A DNA stretch of 20,000 bases from an uncultured virus (IMG/VR IMGVR_UViG_640069328_000004). Lineage: Duplodnaviria; Heunggongvirae; Uroviricota; Caudoviricetes. The stretch lies in IMG/VR virus record IMGVR_UViG_640069328_000004. One strand, written 5' to 3'. Position numbers and translations under genes: made by a program. This document shows positions 9,301 to 16,604 of the stretch, piece after piece (positions within the stretch are counted from its first letter, which is position 1; the number at the start of each line of letters is the position of its first letter). Under the pieces are notes generated by a model that was not told the DNA's origin, ran no database searches, and saw only the letters and a program-made list of their open reading frames with translations.

Positions 9301-11505
9301 AGCGCGGCCATGTCCGGGGTCAACGGCGTGATGGACACGCTCGGCCACAGCTTCCGGGCGGTGGACATGGTGACAGCCGGCATGGCCTCGGATCTGGCGG
9401 CGCTCTTCGGCGGGCTGGAGGGATTGGTCTCCGCCACCACCGGCTATTATCAGGCCTTCTATAACGAGGCCGAGCGGATGGAGACCGCGACCCGGCAGGC
9501 GACCGAGGCGCTGGCGAAGCTGGGTGTGGCCCTTCCCGAGACCCGGGCGGAGTATCGCCGGCTGGTCGAGGCGCAGGATCTCACCACCGAGCGGGGTCGA
9601 GAGCTCTACGCCGCCCTCGTCGGCATGGCGGGCGTCATGGATCAGATCCTGCCGAGCGTGGCCGGCCTCTCGGCCGGGCTGGCGGGGCTCGTGGGCACGA
9701 TCACCACCGATCTCGACGGGATGATCTCTGGGGCGGCCGAAGCGCAGCGGGCGGCGGCCGCGGCAGCGAAGGGCTGGTATCAGGTCACGCTGTCTCTGCG
9801 CGATTATATCGGCGACCTGCGCTCTGCCGCCTCCGAGCTGATCGGCCCCGCGGTGGCGGCGGCGCAGTCGCAGGCGCGCTACCAGACGATGCTGGCGAGC
9901 GCGATGGCAGGCGATCAGGAGGCGGCCAAGGCCGTCTCCGGCGCGGCCTCGGCCTATATCGACGCCGTGCGCGGGCAGGCCCGGTCGGCGGTGGATGTGG
10001 CCCGCGCGCAGGCGCAGGTGCTCTCGGACCTGCAGCTCCTGCAGGGCGTGACCGGCCTCGAGGGGGCGAAGGAGGATGTGCTGGCCAGCCTCTATCGGGA
10101 GCAGGTCGATCTCCTGACCGAGGTGCGGGACTATCTGGGCCAGGGCGGCCTCCTCGACCCCGCCCGGATCGACGCGCTCAACGGCCAGCTCGGATCGCTC
10201 GAAGGCGCCATCGCCGCGGCGAAGGAGATCTCCTACGCCGCGCTCCGCGAGCGGATCGACGTGACCTTGGGGCTGACGGGGACGGCCCAGATCCCGGCCG
10301 ATCTGCGCCGCATCCTGAAGAATGCCACGAGCGGCGTCGAGGTCTCGCTCGACATGGTGCTGCGGCGGATGGATCTGACGCCCGATCTGGTCTGGATCGC
10401 GGCGAAGGCCTCCTCCGACCACCTCGCGCGGATCCGCTATCTGGCGAAGACCGACGCGCTGCCGGACGATCTGCGCGCCATCGCCGCCGTCCGCGTGGCG
10501 CAGTCGGTGCGCCGGCTCGCGCTGGTGATGGACCGGCCCAGCTCCGATCTCGGCATGGCGGAGCTCCTGAAGGCCCTTGGCGCCCAGGGCGGCCGGATCA
10601 CCCTCGGCGGCAGCTTCGCCTTCGATCCCTCGACCGGCTTCTCGAGCTGGTTCGAGACCACGACGCGGGGGGCGATCACGGCGCCGATGACGGCGCTGCG
10701 CACCGCGCTCGGCGATCTGGCGGCCGCCGTGCGGGCAGAAACGGCCGCCGCGACGAAGAGGGGACAGGGGGCGGCGCTCTCGGCCTTCGCTGGGGGCCTC
10801 GCGACCAATGCGGCCGGCGACATCCTCGCCACGGACAAGCAGATCATGGCGATGGCCGCCAAGGCCGGGATCTCGACCGACGGCAAGACCATCGGGCAGG
10901 TGATGCGGGCCATCGAGGGCTTCTCGCCGCTCGACGGGATCGAGACGATCCGCCGGCTGCCGGGGAGCCTGAAGGACTACCTCTGGGGCCTCTTCCAGCA
11001 GCGGCAGGGCCGGATCCCGCTCGATACCGCCGATTACCTGCGGCTCTATCCGGACGTGGCGGCGGACGAATATGGCTACGACCCGACCATCCATTACCGC
11101 AACCACGGCCGCGAGGCGATCCTCGCGGGCCTGCGGCCGTTCCGGCCGGAAGTGTTCGACTGGTCGGCCATCGGCCTCGACGTCCCGGGCTTCGCCGCGG
11201 GCGGGCTCCATGGCGGCGGCCTGCGCCTCGTGGGCGAGCTCGGGCCCGAGCTCGAGGCCACCGGCCCGAGCCGGATCCACAGCGCGGGGCGGACCGCCGA
11301 CATCCTCGGCGGCGCCGCCATGGGCGCCTCCGAGGTGGCCGGCGCCGTGCGCGATCTGCAGGCCGAGCTCGTGGCTCTGCGGGCCGAGCTCGCAGAGATG
11401 AAGGTCTGGGCCCGCAAGGGGGCCGAGGCCTCCACCGCCACCGCGAAGGACCTGCGCCGGATCGGCACGGTGGGGGTGCGGATCGACCCGACGGAGGCCG
11501 TCTGA
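6331..11505 (+). CDS. Tail length tape measure protein (1724 aa)
   Basis: Long Ala/Gly-rich helical ORF after the chaperones. N-terminal LGLDVSQF, TMP motif NASFQVQDFAVQVASGQSAMIAFTQQAPQL, central hydrophobic Gly-rich segment, and C-terminal FAAGG...LVGELGPEL. Confidence 0.95.
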   Translation: MSMSNVGAMRATLGLDVSQFENRAQSASRTAKQMSDAMARAFQVAKASAMGGARSFEELRASIDPTFAATQRYAVIQRELAGMVESGAASQRAANLVLEQAAAKYMGVETAAERTARAQRETSAAADAAARGYTALRAQVDPLYAASKRYEQALETLNAAQAAGVIGDQERARTLKLLDAQMISADRATAAATQGIGRFTPAITNASFQVQDFAVQVASGQSAMIAFTQQAPQLLGAFGFSGKLALIGAGLGTILAIGAALVPVFQRMAAGTAGLKEKIDDLTKSVDGYKSASGRAHKSAMELTAEFGANAASAREAYTALQSLAQLTAVQDLRKAMEGIGDAIPSSFGRLVSQLDATGRVGAQAAANLRTQFGLTAEEGKRLAEAIHAVGASSGPEEAAKRAAELHRTMVDVFGAVESIPPEFQTLARLAAEGNVAALQLLGTMNGLTGSISSAASEAARLASNLGSAANSAAAEASRQISIIDAQMAAIRAGQDEVIAGKRAAIDLDRQAYVAAKMAAGMDADRAESLASQVFASQEILAVREEELRAMQKARSEAEKVANGGAKAAAAEAKALDKSARKYLEMIDPMEKYRRKQAELKKLLDAGRISADQYRRALAEIAAEMGENNPVFEEFRSAVGSAVDWMLDGFRGGFDGLLDIAKTTLKQIIGMFMTNRITLSLGLGVSGAAAGAAGAAVAGAGGMGTLGALGGIASGINAVLGGIGGALSAFGTGAWGALSNFATGGLSGGLAYIGSSLNFATSGLVGFAQAAGAILGPIAAVAAAFSFFGSKTKLLDAGLRVTVRELNAMVESYRKVEKSRFGGLSKSRRTSYGLADGAVAGPIVKAVSQMQASVMDVADTLGIGAEAFKGFAASVKFSTKGLSDEEIGAKLQEKLTELGDNFAARAFGYVGKNDQAIRDLEKRIAEGTSDAVVSGLKGSLGDKILSAFLGRKMQGDLADLIAGNTLVSTRPELAALVKEGESFVEALQRLSAAMSGVNGVMDTLGHSFRAVDMVTAGMASDLAALFGGLEGLVSATTGYYQAFYNEAERMETATRQATEALAKLGVALPETRAEYRRLVEAQDLTTERGRELYAALVGMAGVMDQILPSVAGLSAGLAGLVGTITTDLDGMISGAAEAQRAAAAAAKGWYQVTLSLRDYIGDLRSAASELIGPAVAAAQSQARYQTMLASAMAGDQEAAKAVSGAASAYIDAVRGQARSAVDVARAQAQVLSDLQLLQGVTGLEGAKEDVLASLYREQVDLLTEVRDYLGQGGLLDPARIDALNGQLGSLEGAIAAAKEISYAALRERIDVTLGLTGTAQIPADLRRILKNATSGVEVSLDMVLRRMDLTPDLVWIAAKASSDHLARIRYLAKTDALPDDLRAIAAVRVAQSVRRLALVMDRPSSDLGMAELLKALGAQGGRITLGGSFAFDPSTGFSSWFETTTRGAITAPMTALRTALGDLAAAVRAETAAATKRGQGAALSAFAGGLATNAAGDILATDKQIMAMAAKAGISTDGKTIGQVMRAIEGFSPLDGIETIRRLPGSLKDYLWGLFQQRQGRIPLDTADYLRLYPDVAADEYGYDPTIHYRNHGREAILAGLRPFRPEVFDWSAIGLDVPGFAAGGLHGGGLRLVGELGPELEATGPSRIHSAGRTADILGGAAMGASEVAGAVRDLQAELVALRAELAEMKVWARKGAEASTATAKDLRRIGTVGVRIDPTEAV

Positions 11506-12395
11506 TGCGGATCATCCTGCCGACCCCGGTGACGCCGGCGGCCCTTCTTGCGAGCAACATCCCCGAGGACGATCATCCCGCCTGGGGGGCCGGCCAGACC
11601 TATGCCCGGGGCGCGCGCGTGGTGGCCCATCACGGCGTCTGGGAGAGCGTGGCCGACGGCAACACGGGCCACGATCCGGCGGAAGATACGCTCGGCAGCT
11701 GGTGGCTCCGGATCGGGGCCACCAACCGCTGGCGCGCCTTCGACGAGCGGATCGGCGGCCAGACGGTCGGCGGCCATACGATCGCCTATTCCATCCGGCT
11801 GCCGCGGACGCTGAACCGCATCGCCTTCTTCAACCTCGATGCGGCTTCGGTCCGGGTGAGGGTCACCACCCCCGCAGCCGTGACGATTCATGACCGGACG
11901 GTGGATCTCGTCGCCCGCGACCCGGTCGGCACCTTCTGGGAATATGTCTTCACCGAGTTCGCCTTCACCCCGAACGTGATCGTGGCGGCCCCGCTGCCGG
12001 CAGGCGCCACGCTCGACATCACGGTCACGGGGGGCGCCGTCACCCGCGTGGGCGAGATCGTCATGGGCCGCGACACGCCGGTCGGCACCACCGTGGCGGG
12101 CACCGGCCTCGGCCTCGTCGACTATTCCGTGAAGCAGCGCGACGAATGGGGCGGGCTCTATATCGTGCCGCGCCCCGTCACCCGCACGGTCTCGCTGGCG
12201 TTCCAGGTCCCGCTCGAGGGCGCGGCGCGGGTCCAGTCGATCATGGAGCGGGTCTCGAGCCGGCTCGCCGTCTTCTACGCGGGCGAAGGGGTCGACCTCT
12301 GGGGCACCACCGTCGCCGGCATCCTCCGCGATTACGACCTGACCCTCGGCCATGCCATCTGCGACGGCCGCGCCGAGGTCGAGAGCCTCGCCTGA
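11505..12395 (+). CDS. Putative tail-tip/distal tail protein with N-terminal CBM5/12-like carbohydrate-binding module
   Basis: TGATG overlap with the tape measure stop. PAWGAGQTYARGARVVAHHGVWES...NTGHDP...WW matches the AW-x4-Y-x2-G-x2-V pattern of chitin-binding CBM5/12. Confidence 0.65.
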   Translation: MRIILPTPVTPAALLASNIPEDDHPAWGAGQTYARGARVVAHHGVWESVADGNTGHDPAEDTLGSWWLRIGATNRWRAFDERIGGQTVGGHTIAYSIRLPRTLNRIAFFNLDAASVRVRVTTPAAVTIHDRTVDLVARDPVGTFWEYVFTEFAFTPNVIVAAPLPAGATLDITVTGGAVTRVGEIVMGRDTPVGTTVAGTGLGLVDYSVKQRDEWGGLYIVPRPVTRTVSLAFQVPLEGAARVQSIMERVSSRLAVFYAGEGVDLWGTTVAGILRDYDLTLGHAICDGRAEVESLA

Positions 12396-12410
12396 CGCAA
12401 GGAACCTGCC

Positions 12411-13895
12411 ATGGACTTCTTCTCTCCCCCGCCGACGCCGCCGAACAGCGGCAACCCCGGCACCTTCAACGACGATGCCGACGCCTTCCTCGGCTGGTTC
12501 CCGGCCTTCGTGGCCGAGCTGAACGCGCTTCTGCCCTATCTCACCGGCGCGGGCTTCTCCGACGGCACCGCGGCCGCCCCCGGCCTCGTCTGGCGGGGCG
12601 ATCCCGACACCGGGCTCTTCCGGCCGGGGAGCAACGCGCTGGGGGTGACGGCCGGCGGCGTCCTCCGGCTCACGGTCTCGGCCCTCGCGCTGACCTCGAC
12701 CGTGCCGCTCCGGGCGCCGCTCGGGACGGCCGGGGCGCCGGGGATCGCGTTCGAGACCGATCCCAACACCGGGATCCGCAGCGACGGGTCGGACGTCCTC
12801 CACTTCGTCACCGGCGGCGCGACCCGTGGCTTCTTCTCCACCACCCACTTCCAGTCCACCCTCCCGGCCGTGCTGCCCGCCGGAGCGGCGGCCGCCCCCG
12901 CCCTCACCTTCGCGGGCGACCTCGACACCGGGATCTTCCGAGCGGCGGCGGACCTGCTCGGGATCGCGGCCGGGGGAGAGGAACGGTTCCGCGTCGGCTC
13001 CGGCCGCGCGGCGGCGCTCGTGCCCTTCAGCGTGCCGGACGGGACGCAGACCCTCCCCGGCCTCACCTTCAACGGCGAGGTCGGCTCGAACACCGGCTTC
13101 TTCCTCGCGGCCGAGAACGAGATCGGCGTCACCTGTCAGGGGACGGAGCGGGCACGGTTCACGCCCTCCGGCATGCAGCTGCAGGGGCTCCTCTCCGGCA
13201 CGGCCGTGACCCAGAGCGATCTCGACACCACGCCCGGGCGCCTCCTGAAGGTCGGGGACTACGGGCTCGGCGGCACGGCGCGCCCGATCCCCGGCAACGA
13301 TGCCGACCAGATCGGGACGACCGGCTTCTATCAGGTGACGGGCGCCACGCTGAACCGTCCCGCCGGCATGAGCGTCGGTACCCTGCAGCACATCCAGCAC
13401 GGGGCGGCCCGCGCGGTGCAGATCGCCTATCCTCAGACGGCATCCGATACGGGGCGCTGGTGCCGGCACAAGGATACCAGCTGGGGCGACTGGTTCCTGA
13501 CCTACGACCAGCGCAACATCGTCGGCGCCGTCAGCTGGGCCTCCGGCTTTCCGCGCGGCGGCATCATCGAAAAGGGCGAGACGGCTGGCGCCGAATATGT
13601 CCGCTTTGCGGATGGGACGCAGCTTTGCCGCCTGGTCCAGACCGGCGTTCCGGGTCCGGCCACGCCGCAGGGGCCGCTCTATCGCACCGAATGGCAGACG
13701 GTGACGCTGCCCGTCGAGTTCGTGAGCGGCGCCCTGAACGGCCATTGCGTGACTGGCGGCTGCCGGGGCGGCTCGGTGATCTCGCTCCTCGGCCGGCCGG
13801 GGGCGTCGAACGTCGCGGCCTACATGCTGCTGTCGCCGACGTCCTACGGAGGCACGCAGACCGTCGATCTTCTCGTCACCGGCCGCTGGAGGTAA
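12411..13895 (+). CDS. Tail fibre/receptor-binding protein
   Basis: AAGGA SD. Four ~52-aa G-x-A-A-A-P-G-L-x-F-x-x-D-x-x-T-G repeats, then TTPGRLLKVGDYGLGG, a TTGFY knob-like segment and a C-terminal IIEKG...EYVRFADGTQLC...TGRWR domain typical of fibre tips. Confidence 0.85.
   Translation: MDFFSPPPTPPNSGNPGTFNDDADAFLGWFPAFVAELNALLPYLTGAGFSDGTAAAPGLVWRGDPDTGLFRPGSNALGVTAGGVLRLTVSALALTSTVPLRAPLGTAGAPGIAFETDPNTGIRSDGSDVLHFVTGGATRGFFSTTHFQSTLPAVLPAGAAAAPALTFAGDLDTGIFRAAADLLGIAAGGEERFRVGSGRAAALVPFSVPDGTQTLPGLTFNGEVGSNTGFFLAAENEIGVTCQGTERARFTPSGMQLQGLLSGTAVTQSDLDTTPGRLLKVGDYGLGGTARPIPGNDADQIGTTGFYQVTGATLNRPAGMSVGTLQHIQHGAARAVQIAYPQTASDTGRWCRHKDTSWGDWFLTYDQRNIVGAVSWASGFPRGGIIEKGETAGAEYVRFADGTQLCRLVQTGVPGPATPQGPLYRTEWQTVTLPVEFVSGALNGHCVTGGCRGGSVISLLGRPGASNVAAYMLLSPTSYGGTQTVDLLVTGRWR
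12555..13160 (+). repeat. Four degenerate ~52-aa tandem repeats in the fibre shaft
   Basis: DGTAAAPGLVWRGDPDTG / LGTAGAPGIAFETDPNTG / AGAAAAPALTFAGDLDTG / DGTQTLPGLTFNGEVGSNTG. Confidence 0.85.
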
Positions 13896-13901
13896 CCCGC
13901 C

Positions 13902-14219
13902 ATGATGCGCATTCGCATGGTCCCGCTTCGGCGGATGTATGAGCTGACCCTGTTCCGCGTGCAGGGAGACACCCTGACCTGCAATGACATGGTCTATGAC
14001 TTCAGCGGCGTCGAGGAGGGCGACGTGCTGCCCTGGGACGCGATGGACAACACCTGGGTCACCAGCAACGTCACCCGGGTCGACGGCGTCCTCGAATTCG
14101 AGGTGGTCTTCCCCCACGGCTATTACGGGGACCTGCCCTTGCCGACCCCCGGCATCCTCGAGGTCGAGGATCAGGATATCGAGATCCCGCCCTACCTCCC
14201 GCCGTCCGCGGAGGGCTGA
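13902..14219 (+). CDS. Tail fibre-associated protein (putative assembly chaperone)
   Basis: GGAGG SD. Acidic 105-aa protein with GDTLTCN...YDFS...GDVLP...VTRVDGVLE pattern, as commonly found downstream of such fibres. Confidence 0.6.
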   Translation: MMRIRMVPLRRMYELTLFRVQGDTLTCNDMVYDFSGVEEGDVLPWDAMDNTWVTSNVTRVDGVLEFEVVFPHGYYGDLPLPTPGILEVEDQDIEIPPYLPPSAEG

Positions 14220-14222
14220 TCC

Positions 14223-14558
14223 ATGGCAAGGAAGAAAGCAGTGATGACGACCGCGACCATCGATTACAGCAGGCTCGTGAAGGCCCGGGACATCAAGGCG
14301 CAGGCCGAGGCCCGTGCGCGGGGTCCGGCCGAGATCAGCATCCTGCAGGCCATGATCGTGGTCGGCGAGGAGAAGTGGGCCCGTGCGATGAAGGTCGCGG
14401 AGGACGCGGCCTATCCGTGGGCGATGCGGGCCGCACTCCGCGGCGCGACGACGCTCGTCCGGGCTTCGGAGACGACGGACACGCTGGCCTTCCTCCTCGG
14501 CCTCTCGCCGGAGGAGACGGACCGGCTGTTCGTTGAGGCCGCAGAGGTGACGCTGTGA
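14223..14558 (+). CDS. Hypothetical tail fibre-associated protein
   Basis: GGAGG SD. 111 aa with IDYSRL near the N-terminus and LGLSPEETDRLFVEAA at the C-terminus, a common ending of small fibre-linked phage proteins. Confidence 0.6.
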   Translation: MARKKAVMTTATIDYSRLVKARDIKAQAEARARGPAEISILQAMIVVGEEKWARAMKVAEDAAYPWAMRAALRGATTLVRASETTDTLAFLLGLSPEETDRLFVEAAEVTL

Positions 14559-14790
14559 GCCCGGTTCGGTTCAGCGCGGGCCGCTGACACGCCGGCCGCC
14601 CGCGCCGCCGGGGTCGCCTGTCGTCGGAGGCTGCGCGAATTGCCGAGGCGGCCGGGCCCCCCGCCGGGATCGCCGGCTGAGAGCCGCTGGCCGCCCGAGG
14701 CGCCCCCGCCTTCCCGATCATGATGAGAAGACCCGGCCGCCTCCGGCCGCGTCCACAGACGCGCAAGGCGCACACCACAGGAGCGGCGCG

Positions 14791-15108
14791 ATGCCGGAAA
14801 AGGGACTGATCGACACCATCACGGCGCTCTGGGGCGGGGCCATCGCCACGCTGATCGCCGCCGCCATGGGGCGGCTCATGTATCACACGGGCGAGGTCCG
14901 CGCCCGCCGCCGTGCCTTCTTCGGCCGCGAGCTCCTCTGGGAAATCCCCGCCCTCGTCGCCATGGCCTTCATCGGCGAGGCCCTCAGCTCCTACCTCGCC
15001 CTCGACGGCCGGGCGGCCATGGGGCTCGTGGCGATGCTGGCCTATCTCGGGCCAAGGGGCACCACGGCAATGCTGGAGCGGCTCTGGCGGGGACGGAGTG
15101 CGGGGTGA
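14791..15108 (+). CDS. Holin (LydA-like, 2-3 TM)
   Basis: AGGAG SD. 105 aa with hydrophobic segments, the GRLMYH...RR.FFGRELLWEIP...AYLGPRG pattern and a basic C-terminus. Confidence 0.8.
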   Translation: MPEKGLIDTITALWGGAIATLIAAAMGRLMYHTGEVRARRRAFFGRELLWEIPALVAMAFIGEALSSYLALDGRAAMGLVAMLAYLGPRGTTAMLERLWRGRSAG

Positions 15109-15126
15109 CGTGCGGCAGGTAGGTCC

Positions 15127-15852
15127 TTAGTCGCCGGCTTTGGCCTGACTCCGCTCATGCAGCCGCACACGGAGATCCTTCCACTTGGCGCAGAATGAGC
15201 GAGCCCGCTTCTCTATCTCCGGATCCGGGTTCAGAATGAAGAACGTCCTGGGACTGTAAGCCGTGGCCCGAACGGCCAAACCTGGCAGACCTATTTCGTC
15301 CATCCAATGATCGACCTCAACATCATGGCCTCCCCGGCGCCGTGTATTATGGTGGTAAATGATAGCACAGCGGCCGCGCGCGAGAGCCACAACCTCTTCC
15401 ACAGGAATCTGCTTCCCAAATTTGGACCGACCCTTGCGATCATCCCGATCGTCCACGACGCCATTGTCTGGATCCGCAAATACCAGATCGCACTCCCGCA
15501 ACGTCTCCAGCACTCGCGAGAACCACGAACGACGCCAGCCACGCCGAAGGGGAGGCGGAACCGACGCGACATCCAAGCTCTCGTCGGATGCAACGACATC
15601 GCCAAGCACAGGCAGAAGAGACGCTATTGTCCGAGCATCCACGACCACCTTCTCCAAGTGGTCGAAGAGATGGGGGTCGAGTGACGAATAACGGGCTTGC
15701 CGCGACAGATAGGAGATGTGACGGCCATCAGAATTGTGGCTTTCGTCAGGAAACCTGTACCACGCCACCCCGAGGCGGCGTCCAGGCATGAGCGCCCTCA
15801 AAAGGCCGAGCTTTACGAAATCTCCAATGTCGCCTGCATATCGGTCCTGCAT
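15127..15852 (-). CDS. Conserved hypothetical protein, putative Rossmann/SAM-dependent methyltransferase-like fold (RlmJ-like N-terminus, DPDN motif)
   Basis: GAGG SD 7 nt before ATG 15852 (alternative start 15858). MQDRYAGDIGDFVKLGLLRAL resembles RlmJ HAGNHADVLKH, and DLVFADPDNG resembles LILIDPPY. Lower GC than flanks. Fold call is inference. Confidence 0.65.
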   Translation of the reverse strand: MQDRYAGDIGDFVKLGLLRALMPGRRLGVAWYRFPDESHNSDGRHISYLSRQARYSSLDPHLFDHLEKVVVDARTIASLLPVLGDVVASDESLDVASVPPPLRRGWRRSWFSRVLETLRECDLVFADPDNGVVDDRDDRKGRSKFGKQIPVEEVVALARGRCAIIYHHNTRRRGGHDVEVDHWMDEIGLPGLAVRATAYSPRTFFILNPDPEIEKRARSFCAKWKDLRVRLHERSQAKAGD

Positions 15853-15941
15853 TGGCATGCCTCATGTCGGTTTCATCTCGAACCGCATTTGGGGGTACGG
15901 ATATGGCCGTGTCGAGAGGAATGCCACGTACAAAGGCGGGT

Positions 15942-16439
15942 TCAGCACTCCAAGTAGTAGAGATTCAAGATCGAGATGGGCTGGTTGTCCACGAACCATC
16001 GTCCGTCTGACAGATGAATTTCTCGGAAGCCATAACTGTCGAAGAGCTCCACCCGTTCAGTCCCTTCTTTGATGCGAATGACCGTATAGTGATCGAAGGT
16101 CCTGTCTTCACTCTCGAAGAAGATCACCGCCCCGTCCTTGGCATGATGCTCTATCTGGCGCGTCGAGGGCCTGTTTAGCTTTTTGCTGTTATGCTTGAGC
16201 TCGCTGAAGAAGCCGTTCAAGTCGCTCCGATACACGCCCTTCGTCAGCACAAGTTCCAAATTACCTTCCCTAACGATGTGGGCGACCAGCGTCCTCATTG
16301 CCGAGCCTGCTTCTTCGATGCTCCTGATGTGGCCTCGAAGCTGGAGGAGGTTGATTGCCGCGTACATGCTGCACAGGCAGTCAAGATCGCCCTGCTGATA
16401 AGGGGGTGTGGGGATTTTCACTTTCCGAACTGCCTTCAA
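15942..16439 (-). CDS. Putative papain-fold cysteine peptidase (C39-like/Josephin-like)
   Basis: YQQGDLDCLCSMYAAINLLQ (Gln, Cys23), DHYTVIR (His117) and LFDSY (Asp134) occur in papain order. TTG start is uncertain. Low GC. Confidence 0.7.
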   Translation of the reverse strand: MKAVRKVKIPTPPYQQGDLDCLCSMYAAINLLQLRGHIRSIEEAGSAMRTLVAHIVREGNLELVLTKGVYRSDLNGFFSELKHNSKKLNRPSTRQIEHHAKDGAVIFFESEDRTFDHYTVIRIKEGTERVELFDSYGFREIHLSDGRWFVDNQPISILNLYYLEC

Positions 16440-16604
16440 ATTAAAGGTGACATAGTGCCTGCGACTGTTTCAGCACCTGAGCCGAACCGTCCATAGGACC
16501 GGATGTCCGCGCGACGCATCTACTGTGGCAGCACCACCGTCTTGCGGTCGAGCAGCGCACTGTCCGTCCAAGCCTACCGCCGCTCAAGAGCGTCGGATCC
16601 CAGC

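Noticed and set aside
7720..14117. Very long minus-strand ORFs (7720..11280, 11094..14117)
   Set aside because: Antisense shadows of high-GC coding genes. They are Arg/Gly/Pro-rich with no recognisable motifs.
1..14558. Gene transfer agent (RcGTA) cluster
   Set aside because: The head genes are lambda-type (gpB/S49/gpD/gpE) rather than HK97-type, the tape measure is far longer than in GTAs, and GTA hub/megatron genes are absent.
12411..14790. Diversity-generating retroelement or invertible fibre cassette
   Set aside because: No reverse transcriptase, invertase, TR/VR duplicate or inverted second fibre end was seen in the window.
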